A DNA stretch of 64,000 nt from Candidatus Eiseniibacteriota bacterium (GTDB lineage Bacteria; Eisenbacteria; RBG-16-71-46): assembly GCA_963776245.1 (NCBI GenBank), contig CAVZLN010000006.1:768001-832000 (forward strand). The letters are read 5' to 3'. The notes beneath the pieces were generated by a model that saw only the letters and a program-made list of their open reading frames with translations, did not search any database and was not told the origin of the DNA. Position 1 is the first letter of the stretch, and each line of letters begins with the position of its first letter. The translations under genes and the position numbers were made by a program. Positions 28,547 to 38,377 of this stretch are shown here, piece by piece.

Positions 28547-29521
28547 ATGCTCGAGCGGCTCATCCTCCTCCCGATGGTGGTCGCCCTCGCCCTCGCGCTG
28601 GCCGGCTGCTCGGATCTGGGCCGTCCGGTGCGACTCCAGGCACGGGGCGAGGTGTCCGCCACGGCGCTGGACTTCGGCACCATCGCGGTGGCCGACTCCG
28701 CCACCCGCCGATTCACGCTGCGCAACTCCGGCAGTCTGGCCCTCGTGGGCGAGGTGGGTCTCTCGTGCGCCGGGTTCCGGGTGATCGCGGGCGGCGGCCC
28801 GTTCCGGCTCGCCCCGCGGGACACGCTCGGCGTCGCGGTGCGATTCACGCCCGCCGCGGTCGGCGCGTACTCGTGCGTGCTCGATCTCGGTCCCGATTCC
28901 CCTCACGTCACGCTCGCCGGGACCGCGGCACTCCAGGCGCCGGGCGCCCAGTCCCTCGTGACCCCACTCTCCCTCGACCTCGGCGTGGTCGCCGTGGGTC
29001 AGGCGAGCTACCGCGAATTCAAGGTCTTCAGCGTGGGCACGGCCCCGCTGCTGGTGAACGTGGTGTCGCCCTGCGGCGAGTTCGTGCCGATCCTTGGGGG
29101 CGGCCCGGCGGTTATCGCGCCCGGGGATTCCATGGTCGTGAGGGTGCTGTTCAGCCCGCTCTCCGGCGGCGATCATGGGTGCGCCATCGCCGTCGGTCCG
29201 GGCTGCCCGGAGGTGGCCGTGGCGGGCAGCGCGACCTCGGTGTCGTTCGCCCAGGACATCCGGGCGGGGATCTTCGACACCCATGGCTGCACCACCTGCC
29301 ACGGCTGGAGCTACGCCCTGCTGGTCGGCCGCACCAGCTCGGGCTACGCGCCGGCGGTGCTGGTGGTGCCGTTCGACACCACGAACTCGGTGCTCTATGG
29401 CAAGGTGACCAACTCGGGCCGCTTCGGCGGCGGGATGCCCCAGCCGGGCTACCCGCCGCTCACGCTGCCCGAACGGATCGAGCTCGCCACCTGGATCCTC
29501 GAAGGCGCGCGGGACAACTAG
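28547..29521 (+). CDS. Lipoprotein with two ASH/choice-of-anchor-D Ig-like domains and a C-terminal monoheme c-type cytochrome domain
   Basis: Lipobox LAGC; LDFG.....S.T..FTLRNSG...L repeat; CTTCH heme motif, GGGMP and LATWILEGA. Confidence 0.8.
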   Translation: MLERLILLPMVVALALALAGCSDLGRPVRLQARGEVSATALDFGTIAVADSATRRFTLRNSGSLALVGEVGLSCAGFRVIAGGGPFRLAPRDTLGVAVRFTPAAVGAYSCVLDLGPDSPHVTLAGTAALQAPGAQSLVTPLSLDLGVVAVGQASYREFKVFSVGTAPLLVNVVSPCGEFVPILGGGPAVIAPGDSMVVRVLFSPLSGGDHGCAIAVGPGCPEVAVAGSATSVSFAQDIRAGIFDTHGCTTCHGWSYALLVGRTSSGYAPAVLVVPFDTTNSVLYGKVTNSGRFGGGMPQPGYPPLTLPERIELATWILEGARDN

Positions 29522-29534
29522 CGTGAGGTGCGAG

Positions 29535-30644
29535 ATGAGATGGACCCGACGGTTCGGGCTGGCGGGAGCGGTGGCGTTCGCGACGATCGATGCCCTGCTG
29601 GCGCTCCAGGCCGGGGCGGTGCCGCGCTACAGCGCGCGCTACGAGCAGAAGTGCGCGCTCTGCCACGTGAATCCCTCGGGCGGCGGATTGCGCTCCGCCT
29701 ACGCCAGCCAGGACCTGGTGCCGCGCGAGCTCGCGTGGTCGAAGGCCAGGCCCGAGCTGCTGGCCGGGATCGACCCACTGATCGCGAAGAACATCCTGAT
29801 CGGGACCGACTTCCGCGAGCTCTACGTGGGCTCCGACGACCCCGCCGGCCGGCTGGGGTTCTTCCAGATGCAGGGCGACCTGTATTTCGACTTCCAGCTC
29901 GACCCGAAGGTCTCGCTTTACTACGACCGGGGCGCGGCGAACAGCATCGAACTGTTCGGTCTCGTCTATCCGCTGCCAGTGGCGTACGTCAAGGCCGGGC
30001 GCTTCGTGCCGTCCTACGGCTGGAAGTTCGACGACCACACGATGTTCGTGCGCAGCGAACTGGGCTTCTTCCCGCCCGGCAACAGCGACGTGGGCGTCGA
30101 AGTGGGCGCCTCGCCGCAGCGGTTCGACGTGCAGCTGGGGGTCGTGAACGGCAATCGCGGCGCCATCCTGGACAACGACCGGCGCGTCGCGACGGTCGCG
30201 AACGGGATCTACCGTCTCCACGTGGGCCCGCTCGGGGCCGCCGCCGGGGTCTCGGGCTACCATCACCCGGGCACGCTGGAGGACTTCGATTCGGGGGGCG
30301 TGTACGGCTATCTCATCTGGCGGAACCTCACCTGGCTGGGCGAGGCCGATCTGTTCCGCACCCGACCGGCGGCGGCCACCGCCACCGAGGGCGTGGTGAC
30401 CTCGCACGAACTCACCTGCCTCCTGCGGCAGGGGCTCGAGCTCAAGGCCACCTACGACTTCTACGACCCCGACCGGGATCACGCGACCGGGGCCAAGTCG
30501 CGGTGGGGCGGCGGCGTGGCGGTGATGCCCCACTCCTACCTCGCGCTCGAGGGCATGCTCCGCCGGACGCGGTTCGAGAATGGGATCTCCTACTTCGGCC
30601 GGGACGCGTACGAGACGGTGCTCCAGCTCCATCTGCTCTACTGA
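29535..30644 (+). CDS. Monoheme cytochrome c fused to an outer-membrane beta-barrel (Cyc2-like architecture)
   Basis: Signal peptide, then AVPRYSARYEQKCALCHVNPSGGG; porin-like strands (YVKAGRFVPSYG, DVQLGVVNG); C-terminal LQLHLLY. Confidence 0.75.
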   Translation: MRWTRRFGLAGAVAFATIDALLALQAGAVPRYSARYEQKCALCHVNPSGGGLRSAYASQDLVPRELAWSKARPELLAGIDPLIAKNILIGTDFRELYVGSDDPAGRLGFFQMQGDLYFDFQLDPKVSLYYDRGAANSIELFGLVYPLPVAYVKAGRFVPSYGWKFDDHTMFVRSELGFFPPGNSDVGVEVGASPQRFDVQLGVVNGNRGAILDNDRRVATVANGIYRLHVGPLGAAAGVSGYHHPGTLEDFDSGGVYGYLIWRNLTWLGEADLFRTRPAAATATEGVVTSHELTCLLRQGLELKATYDFYDPDRDHATGAKSRWGGGVAVMPHSYLALEGMLRRTRFENGISYFGRDAYETVLQLHLLY

Positions 30645-30675
30645 CGGAGCGTCGGCGCCACCACGGGGGAACGCC

Positions 30676-31269
30676 ATGAAGCGGACACTGCTGGTGATCG
30701 GGCTTCTCGCCATGGGAGCTGGCGTCGCGTGCGCCGCGGACTACGTGGTCCGGCCGGGCGGCGAGAACAAGGTGGTGTTCGCCTCGCGGGCCTCGATCGA
30801 GGGCTTCGAGGGCAAGACCAGCCAGTTGTCGGGCCACCTGGTGGTGGATCCCGCGGGCTTCGGCGACACGTTGACCGCCCATTTCGAGGTGGACCTCGCG
30901 AGCCTCGACACCGGGATCGCGAAACGCAACCAGCACATGAGGGAGAACCATCTCGAGACCGCCAAGTACCCCAAGGCGGTGTTCGACGGCGCCGCGGTGC
31001 GCGGGCCCGCGGGCGCCCGGCTCGAGCCGGGCAAGCCGACCACGTTCGATGTCGAGGGCACCTTCAGCCTGCACGGCGTGAGCCGGCGGATCCGCATCGA
31101 CGTCGAGGCCACGTACACGCCGGGTGCGGGCGGCGGTCAGATCGCGTTCCAGACCACCTTCCCCGTCGCCCTCGCCGACTACGCCATCAGCCGGCCGCAG
31201 TTCCTGTTCCTCAAGCTGGCCGAGACCCAGAGCGTGCGCGTGAGCGGCGTCGCGGTGGCCGCGCCGTAG
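30676..31269 (+). CDS. YceI family lipid/quinone-binding periplasmic protein
   Basis: Signal peptide; SLDTGIAKRNQHMRENHLETAKYP and GTFSLHGV motifs. Confidence 0.92.
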   Translation: MKRTLLVIGLLAMGAGVACAADYVVRPGGENKVVFASRASIEGFEGKTSQLSGHLVVDPAGFGDTLTAHFEVDLASLDTGIAKRNQHMRENHLETAKYPKAVFDGAAVRGPAGARLEPGKPTTFDVEGTFSLHGVSRRIRIDVEATYTPGAGGGQIAFQTTFPVALADYAISRPQFLFLKLAETQSVRVSGVAVAAP

Positions 31270-31289
31270 ATTGGCGCCGCCCGCGGCGC

Positions 31290-32771
31290 TCAGCGCGCGC
31301 CGGCGCGCGGGAGCGACGCCAGCCGCATGAGCGCCAGATAGGTGGCCCCCGCCACCGCGAAGCCGAGGAACCACGCGTACGCGTACAGCGACTTCCACAG
31401 CGGCGCGACCCCGCCGAACGCGACCGGGAACGCCTGGGCCAGGAAGCCCGGCACGCACGGGGCCACGCCCGCGACCAGCGCCACCAGCGCCGCGGGATTG
31501 AACCCGCCCGCGTACTCGTAGCGGCCGCCGCGGCGGTAGAGATCGTCCACATCGAGCTCGCGGCGCCGCAGCACGAAGTAGTCCGCGATCAGGATCCCGC
31601 CGATCGGCCCGAGCAGCGCGGAGTACCCGATCAGCCAGGTGAAGATGTAGCCCTGCGAGCTGGCCAGCAGTCGCCACGGCATCATCACCAGCCCCGCCAC
31701 CGCGGTGATGAGCCCGCCGGTGCGGAACGAGATCAGCCGCGGCGCGGCGTTGCTGAAGTCGTTCGACGGGGACACCACGTTCGCCGCCAGGTTGGTGGTG
31801 AGGGTCGCGATGCTCAGCGCGAGCATGGACAGCAGCACCGTGGCCGGTCCGCCGATCCGGCCCAGCAGCACGACCGGGTCCCACACCACCTGGCCGCCCG
31901 GGAAGATGATCGCGGTGGCCGAGGTCACCGCCACCCCGATGAAGGCGTAGAGCGTCATCGTGGGCGGCAGCCCCAGCGCCTGCCCGACCACCTGGTCGCG
32001 CTGCGAGCGCGCGAAGCGCGTGAAGTCCGGGATGTTGAGCGACAGCGTGGCCCAGAAGCCGACCATCGCGGTGAGCGAGGGAAAGAAGACCGGCCAGAAG
32101 GCGGCCGCGTCCGCGAACCGCGAGGGCCGCGCGAGGATCGGACCGAATCCCCCGGCTCGCGTGTAGGCCCACGCGAGCAGCGCGAGCCCGACCACGATCA
32201 GGAACGGGGCCGAGACCGACTCGAGCCACTTGATGCTCTCGGTGCCGCGCAGGATGAACCACACGTTGATCGCCCAGAACACCAGGAACCCGAGCGCCTC
32301 GCCGGTGCCGAGCCCGAGCCACGCCGGCAGCACGTTCGGCAGGTGCCCGACCGCGGGCCACAGCAGCCTGGTCAGAGTCCACAGCGCCGCGCCCCCGAAC
32401 CACGTCTGGATGCCGAACCACCCGCAGGCCACCAGCGCGCGCAGCAGGGCGGGCACGTTGGCGCCGAGCACCCCGAAGCTGGCGCGCGCGAACACCGGGA
32501 ACGGGATGCCGTAGCGCGTGCCCGCGTGCGCGTTGAGCAGCATGGGGAGCAGGACGATGCTGTTGCCGAGGAAGATGGTCCACATCGCCTGCGACCACGA
32601 CATGCCCGAGTCGATGAGCCCGGAGGCCAGCGTGTAGGTCGGGATGCAGACCGACATGCCGATCCACAGCGCGCAGAAGTGCCACCAGTTCCAGGTGCGG
32701 CGCGCGGCCGGGACCGGGGCGAGATCGGGGTTCGAGAGCTGCGAGGACGGCGCGTGAACGCGTTCGGCCAT
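31290..32771 (-). CDS. NCS1 family nucleobase:cation symporter
   Basis: GTRYGIPFPV, RALVACGWFGIQTW, FWATLSLNIPDFTRF and NLAANVVSP motifs. Confidence 0.96.
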   Translation of the reverse strand: MAERVHAPSSQLSNPDLAPVPAARRTWNWWHFCALWIGMSVCIPTYTLASGLIDSGMSWSQAMWTIFLGNSIVLLPMLLNAHAGTRYGIPFPVFARASFGVLGANVPALLRALVACGWFGIQTWFGGAALWTLTRLLWPAVGHLPNVLPAWLGLGTGEALGFLVFWAINVWFILRGTESIKWLESVSAPFLIVVGLALLAWAYTRAGGFGPILARPSRFADAAAFWPVFFPSLTAMVGFWATLSLNIPDFTRFARSQRDQVVGQALGLPPTMTLYAFIGVAVTSATAIIFPGGQVVWDPVVLLGRIGGPATVLLSMLALSIATLTTNLAANVVSPSNDFSNAAPRLISFRTGGLITAVAGLVMMPWRLLASSQGYIFTWLIGYSALLGPIGGILIADYFVLRRRELDVDDLYRRGGRYEYAGGFNPAALVALVAGVAPCVPGFLAQAFPVAFGGVAPLWKSLYAYAWFLGFAVAGATYLALMRLASLPRAGAR

Positions 32772-32847
32772 GCGGATCTCCTCGGGTGGCGCGCGGGTCA
32801 GGGACCTCGCCGCCGGCCGGGCTCACGCCCCCCGGCGGCGCTGGGGA

Positions 32848-34182
32848 TCAGTCGTGGAGGCCGCCCGGGACGTTCGCGGTGCCGCGGGCGATGCGGTCGT
32901 TCCAGGACTCGAACGGCTTGCCGCCGGTGACGTCCTTCATCGTGATGCAGCCGGCGACCGGGCACACGTGCGCGCACAGGTTGCACCCGGTGCACTCGGT
33001 CTCGTCCACCCACGTCACGTGGACGCCCTCGGCCTGCGCGCGCGCGATCGCGTCCCGGCGGGTGGCCGAGACGTGACCGGCCGCCAGCGGCAGCTCGCCG
33101 GTGTGGATGGCGTGCACCGAGCCGTCGCGGCAGGCCACGTAGCACAGGTCGCAGCCGATGCACTTCGCCGGGTCGACGTGGGCGATCACCTTGTAGCTGA
33201 GGTCGAGGTCGCTCCAGTCCACGCAGGCCGGCAGCGCGCGGCCGCGCAGTTCCGCCACCGACTTCATGCCGCGCTCGTCGAGGAAGCCGGACAGTCCGTC
33301 GATCATGTCCTCGACGATGCGGTAGCCGTAGTGCATGACCGCCGTGCACACCTGGACGCTGGTCGCGCCGAGGGCGATGAACTCGGCCGCGTCGCGCCAG
33401 GTGGCGATCCCGCCGATGCCCGAGACCGGCACGGTGATGCGCGGGTCGCGGCCGAGCATGGCCACCATGTGCAGGGCGATGGGCTTCACGGCGGGCCCGC
33501 AGTAGCCGCCGCTGGTGGAGCGCCCGCCGACCACCGGGTAGGGCACCATGCGGTCGAGGTCCACGCCGGTGAAGCTCTTGATGGTGTTGATGAGCGAGAG
33601 CCCGTGGGCGCCGACCTCGACCGCCGCGACCGCGGGCTCGAGGATGTCGCTGATGTTGGGCGTGAGCTTGATCAGCACCGGGAGCGAGGTGCACTCCAGC
33701 GCCCAGCCCGCGACCGTCTTCAGCACCTCGGGCTCCTGCCCCACCGCCGAGCCCATGCCGCGCTCGCACATGCCGTGGGGGCAGCCGAAGTTGAGCTCGA
33801 GCCCGTCGGCGCCGGTGTCCTCGACGCGCCGGATGATCTCGCGCCAGTCCTCCCGGGACTCCACCATGAGCGACACCAGCAGGGCGTTCCGGGGATAGCG
33901 GCGCTTGGTCTCGCGGATCTCCCGCAGGTTCACCTCCAGCGGGCGCTCGGTGATCAGCTCGATGTTGTTGAAGCCCACCATGCGCTGGTGACCGACGTCG
34001 AGCGCGCCGAACCGGCTCGAGGTGTCGACGATCGGATTCCCGAGCGTCTTCCACACCGCGCCGCCCCAGCCGTGATCGAACGCGCGCATGACCATCTCGC
34101 CCGTGTTGGTGGGCGGGGCGCTGGCGAGCCAGAAGGGGTTCGGGCTCGAGATGCCGGCGAACGAGATCGAGAGATCAGCCAT
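32848..34182 (-). CDS. preA: Dihydropyrimidine dehydrogenase subunit PreA
   Basis: NPFWLASAPPT, NNIELIT, ELNFGCPHG, KLTPN and GGYCGPAVKPIAL; two C-terminal 4Fe-4S motifs. Confidence 0.96.
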   Translation of the reverse strand: MADLSISFAGISSPNPFWLASAPPTNTGEMVMRAFDHGWGGAVWKTLGNPIVDTSSRFGALDVGHQRMVGFNNIELITERPLEVNLREIRETKRRYPRNALLVSLMVESREDWREIIRRVEDTGADGLELNFGCPHGMCERGMGSAVGQEPEVLKTVAGWALECTSLPVLIKLTPNISDILEPAVAAVEVGAHGLSLINTIKSFTGVDLDRMVPYPVVGGRSTSGGYCGPAVKPIALHMVAMLGRDPRITVPVSGIGGIATWRDAAEFIALGATSVQVCTAVMHYGYRIVEDMIDGLSGFLDERGMKSVAELRGRALPACVDWSDLDLSYKVIAHVDPAKCIGCDLCYVACRDGSVHAIHTGELPLAAGHVSATRRDAIARAQAEGVHVTWVDETECTGCNLCAHVCPVAGCITMKDVTGGKPFESWNDRIARGTANVPGGLHD

Positions 34183-34236
34183 GTCGGTCGTCAGTCTCCG
34201 TGCGGTGGAGTGTGCCGGGATCCGGTGGTGGGCGTC

Positions 34237-35583
34237 CTACTCGTGTCCGGCGCGCATCGGGGACTCGGGACCTACGGCCACCCCGAGCGCGGCGCAGATG
34301 GCGCGCGCGGCACGCTTGCCGTCCTGCGCCGCGGTCACCACCAGCTCCCCGCCGCGCACGGCGTCGCCGCCGGCGAACACGCGCGGGTTCTCGGTGCGGC
34401 CGGTGGCGGGATCTGCGGCGATGCGGCCCCGGGCGTCGATCGCCACGCCCAGGAAGCTGCGCGCCAGTTCGCCCTGTTTGGCCTGTCCGATCGCGACCAG
34501 CGCGAGCTCGCAGGGCTCCAGCGTGCCGTCCTCGAGGGTCACGCCGGTGAGCCGGCCCGCGGCGTCGCGCTCGAAGCGCGCCACCCGCGCGCGCTCCACC
34601 AGCGTGACCCCGTCCAGCCGGGCCTGCTCCAGCTCGTGCGCGTAGCCGCTCATCTCGGCGGCGGTGCGCCGGTAGAGCATCCGCACCGAGGGCACGCCCA
34701 GCTTCGCAAGCTCGCGCGCCGCGTCGAGGGCGGTGTTACCGCCGCCGATAACGACCGCACGGGCGATGTCCCGCGCCGCGAACCCGGGCTCGAGCTTGAG
34801 CCGCTCGATCCACGCCACCGCGCCGCTCACCCCCGGGCCGTCCTCGCCCGGGGCCCCGAGCGCCGAGTCGGCGCCGAGCCCGGCGCCCAGGAAGACCGCG
34901 TCGTGGTCGCGCAACAGGTCCTCGGCCGCCACGTCCCCGCCGATCTCGACCCCGCAGCGGATCTCGACGCCCAGCGAGCGCACGAACTCCACCTCGGCGA
35001 GCGCGGCGTCCACGTGCATCTTGTAGGGGGCCACGCCGGTGGTGTTGAGCCCGCCGGCGAGCTCGCGCTTCTCGAACACCGTGACCTGGGTGCCCTCGAG
35101 CGCCAGGTAGCCGGCGCAGGCGAGCGACGCGGGCCCGGCGCCGACGCACGCCACGCGCTTGCCATTGGCGGGCGCCCGCGACAGCAGGGCGGCGGCGCTG
35201 CCGTCCTCGAACGCGCTCTCGGTGGCGTAGCGCTGCAGCCGGCCGATCGCGATCGGGGGCGAGCGATGCCAGGTGTTGAAGACGCAGGCGCCCACGCACA
35301 GCACCTCGACCGGGCAGACGCGCGCGCACGAGTACCCGAGCAGGTTTGCCGACAGGATGGTGCGCGCCGAGCCCCGCACATTGCCGGTGCCGATCTTGCG
35401 GATGAAGCCCGGGATGTCGATGCCGGTCGGGCAGGCGGCGACGCAGGGTGCGTCGTGGCAGTACAGGCAGCGGTTCGCCTCGGCGAGCGCCTCACCGCGC
35501 GCGTACACCGGCTTGGCGTCGGCGAGCTGCCGCTCCAGGCGCCCCTCGGGCAGGGGCACGGATGGGGCCACGCGAGCCGTCAC
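34237..35583 (-). CDS. preT: Dihydropyrimidine dehydrogenase subunit PreT (GltD-like flavoprotein)
   Basis: EANRCLYCHDAPCVAACP, GAGPAS, GGGNTALD, YRR and VFAGGD motifs; directly upstream of preA. Confidence 0.92.
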   Translation of the reverse strand: MTARVAPSVPLPEGRLERQLADAKPVYARGEALAEANRCLYCHDAPCVAACPTGIDIPGFIRKIGTGNVRGSARTILSANLLGYSCARVCPVEVLCVGACVFNTWHRSPPIAIGRLQRYATESAFEDGSAAALLSRAPANGKRVACVGAGPASLACAGYLALEGTQVTVFEKRELAGGLNTTGVAPYKMHVDAALAEVEFVRSLGVEIRCGVEIGGDVAAEDLLRDHDAVFLGAGLGADSALGAPGEDGPGVSGAVAWIERLKLEPGFAARDIARAVVIGGGNTALDAARELAKLGVPSVRMLYRRTAAEMSGYAHELEQARLDGVTLVERARVARFERDAAGRLTGVTLEDGTLEPCELALVAIGQAKQGELARSFLGVAIDARGRIAADPATGRTENPRVFAGGDAVRGGELVVTAAQDGKRAARAICAALGVAVGPESPMRAGHE

Positions 35584-36905
35584 GCGTCGATGGCGTCGAA
35601 CGACGCGGTGAAGGCCTCGAGCGCCTCGTCCACCTCGGCGGCGCTCACCGTGAGCGGCGGCGAGACGCGCAGGCAGTTGCCGTGCAGTCCGCCCTTGCCG
35701 ATCAGCAGCCCGCGCTTCCGGGTCTCCTCGAACAGCGCGTTCACCGCCTGCGGGTTGGGCGTGCGGTCGCCGGCGGTCTCGTCCTTGACCAGCTCCACGC
35801 CCTGCATCAGCCCCATGCCGCGCACGTCGCCCACGATCCGGCGGTGCTTGCGCTGGATGCGCTCGAGCCCCTCGCGCAGCCGGGCGCCCTGCACCGCCGC
35901 GTTGCGCCGCAGGTCGTGCTTCTCGATCACGTCGATGGTGGCGAGCCCCGCGGTGGCGCTGATGGGATTGCCGCCGAAGGTGGAGATCTGCGCCTTGGTG
36001 AACGAATCGGCGATCGCGGTGGTCGCCAGCGTGGCCGAGAGCGGCATGCCGTTGGCGATCCCCTTGGCCATGGTCATCATGTCGGGCTCGACTCCGAAGT
36101 GCTCGCACCCCCACCACTTCTCGCCGGTGCGTCCGAAGCCGGTCTGGACCTCGTCGCAGATGAACACGCCTCCATAGCGGCGCACGATCTCGACGGCGAT
36201 CGGGAAGTACTCCTTCGGCGGCGTCACGAACCCGCCCACGCCCTGGATCGGCTCGGCGAGGAACGCCGCGGGCTGGCCGGTGGTGGTGGTCCGGATCAGC
36301 TCCTCGAGGTCGCGCGCGCACTGCACGCCGCAGGTGGGATAGGTGAGCTTGAGCGGGCAGCGGTAGCAGTAGGGCGCGAGCGCGTGCTTGACGGCGGCGA
36401 TCTGGGTGGGCACCGCGCGCCACGGGGCGTGGCCGGTGAGCGACTGCGCCAGCATCGAGCGCCCCGAGTAGCCGTGCCGGAGCGCGATGATCTCGCTGCG
36501 CCCGGTGTACACCTGCGCCATCATCACCGCGGTCTCGTCGGCCTCGGTGCCGCTGGCGGTGAAGTACGCCTTCTTGAGCTGCCCCGGCGCGATCGAGACC
36601 AGCTTCTCGGCCAGCTCCACGATCGGGAGCGTGGGATAGAGCGTCGAGACGTGCCCGAGCCGGTCGATCTGGGCCTTGACCGCGGTATTCACCTCGTCGT
36701 TGCAGTGCCCCACCGACACCGTGAGGATGCCGCCGAAGAAGTCGAGGTACTCGCGCCCGTCGAGGTCGCGCACCCGCAGGCCCTTGCCCTCGGAGAGGGC
36801 GACCGGCTCGGCGTAGTAGTGCGTGACGGACGGGAACAGCACCTGCTTGTGACGGGCGCGGACCTCCGCGGAGGTCGGCGTGCCTGGAGTGGTCTTCGGG
36901 TTCAC
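35580..36905 (-). CDS. Class III aminotransferase (AGXT2-like; probable beta-alanine aminotransferase)
   Basis: YLDFFGG, SGTEADE, AEPIQGVGG, DEVQTGFGRTG and MAKGIANG motifs; GGAGG RBS. Confidence 0.92.
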   Translation of the reverse strand: MNPKTTPGTPTSAEVRARHKQVLFPSVTHYYAEPVALSEGKGLRVRDLDGREYLDFFGGILTVSVGHCNDEVNTAVKAQIDRLGHVSTLYPTLPIVELAEKLVSIAPGQLKKAYFTASGTEADETAVMMAQVYTGRSEIIALRHGYSGRSMLAQSLTGHAPWRAVPTQIAAVKHALAPYCYRCPLKLTYPTCGVQCARDLEELIRTTTTGQPAAFLAEPIQGVGGFVTPPKEYFPIAVEIVRRYGGVFICDEVQTGFGRTGEKWWGCEHFGVEPDMMTMAKGIANGMPLSATLATTAIADSFTKAQISTFGGNPISATAGLATIDVIEKHDLRRNAAVQGARLREGLERIQRKHRRIVGDVRGMGLMQGVELVKDETAGDRTPNPQAVNALFEETRKRGLLIGKGGLHGNCLRVSPPLTVSAAEVDEALEAFTASFDAIDA

Positions 36906-38312
36906 GGCTTCACCTCCGGGTGGCGGGCGAAATGGGTGGGCTTGCGCGCGATGAAGCGTCCGGCGCCCTTCTGGGTGAGCAGGCGGGAGCCGTCGAAGGC
37001 GACCTTTCCGCCGACCAGCGTGGTGGCGATGCGGCCCTTCACCTCGAAGCCCTCGAAGATGCTGCGATCGGCGCGCGAGTGGTGGGTCTTCGCGCTGAGG
37101 ACGTGGGTGCCGGCCGGGTCGAACACCACCAGGTCGGCGTCGAGGCCGACCGCGACCGAGCCCTTGTGAGTGAGACCGAAGATGCGCGCCGGGGCGGTGC
37201 TGCCCAGCTCCACCATGCGGTGCACGTCGAAGTGCCCGCCGAGCACCCCGTGGGTGTAGAGCAACAGCAGCCGGTCCTCGATCCCCGCCGCTCCGTTCGG
37301 GATCTTCGTGAAGTCCGCGAGCCCCATCCGCTTCTGCTCGTGCGTGAACGGGCAGTGGTCGGTGCCGGTCGAGTCGAGCAGCCGGTTGGAGAGCCCGTGC
37401 CAGAGCGCCTCGTGGTGCCCGACGTGCGGGGGCCGGATCGGCGGGCTCATCACGTAGGTCGAGCCCCCGAAGTCGGGGCGGTGGAACACCGTGTCGTCGA
37501 GCAGCAGGTACTGCGGGCAGGTCTCGCCGTAACAGCGCTGGCCCGCCAGCTTGGCCCGTTCGAGCGCGTGCACCGCCTCCTTGCACGTCATGTGCACGAT
37601 GTACGCGGTGGCGCCGTGGAGCCGCGCCATCATCAGCGCCCGCTCGGTGGCCTCGCCCTCGACCGCGCTCGGGCGCGACACCGGATGGAACTCGGGCCCG
37701 GTGCACCCCTTCGCCAGCAGCTCCCGCTGGAGGTGGGCGACCGCGTCGCCGTTCTCGGCGTGGACCGTGACCACCGCGCCGAGCCGGGCCGCGTGCTGCA
37801 TGACCGAGTAGAGCGCCGCGTCGTCCACCATGATGGCGCCCTTGTAGGCCATGAACACCTTGAAGCTGGTGATGCCGTGCCGCTCGACCACCTCGCGCAT
37901 CTCGGCCGGGGTCCGCTCGTTCCACGACGTGATCGCCATGTGGAAGGTGTAGTCGGTGACCGCCTTGGCGGCGCGGCCCTTCCAGGTCTCGAGCGCGGCG
38001 ATCAGCGATTCGCCCGGGCCCGGGATGCAGAAGTCGATGATGCAGGTGTTGCCGCCCGCGACGCCCGAAGCGGTGCCGGTCTCGAAGTCGTCGGCCGACA
38101 CGGTGCCCATGAACGGCAGCTCCATGTGCACGTGCGGATCGATGAACCCCGGCAGGATCAGCTTGCCCGTGGCGTCGATGGTCTCGTCGCCGGCGGCGCG
38201 CCGGTCGAGGCGCGGTCCCGATGGCCACGATCTTCCCGCCCTCGCAGTAGAGGTCGGCCGCAAAGCGGTCCGACGCCGTCACCACCTCGCCGTTCTTGAT
38301 CAGGAGACCCAC
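36902..38312 (-). CDS. hydA: Dihydropyrimidinase (hydantoinase); one frameshift near 38220
   Basis: LLIKNGEVVT N-terminus; PGFIDPHVH, SFKVFMAYK, VHAENG, GTDHCPF and IPNG..GIEDR motifs. Confidence 0.95.
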
Positions 38313-38377
38313 GTCATGCCCCTTCCTCGGCGGGCGCCCCGCCCGCTCTCGACCGCTCCACCGTCACCGCCGCGCTC

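Noticed and set aside
34237..36423. Long N-terminal extensions on ORFs 34237-36423, 24235-26625, 44800-47265, 1370-3694 and 51314-54508
   Set aside because: The extensions are Arg/Gly/Pro-rich shadow frames overlapping real upstream genes. The true starts are internal.
35580..38312. 910-aa ORF suggesting a hydantoinase-aminotransferase fusion
   Set aside because: An indel near 38220 puts the hydA N-terminus in the aminotransferase frame. The middle is off-frame sequence, and each gene has its own start and stop.
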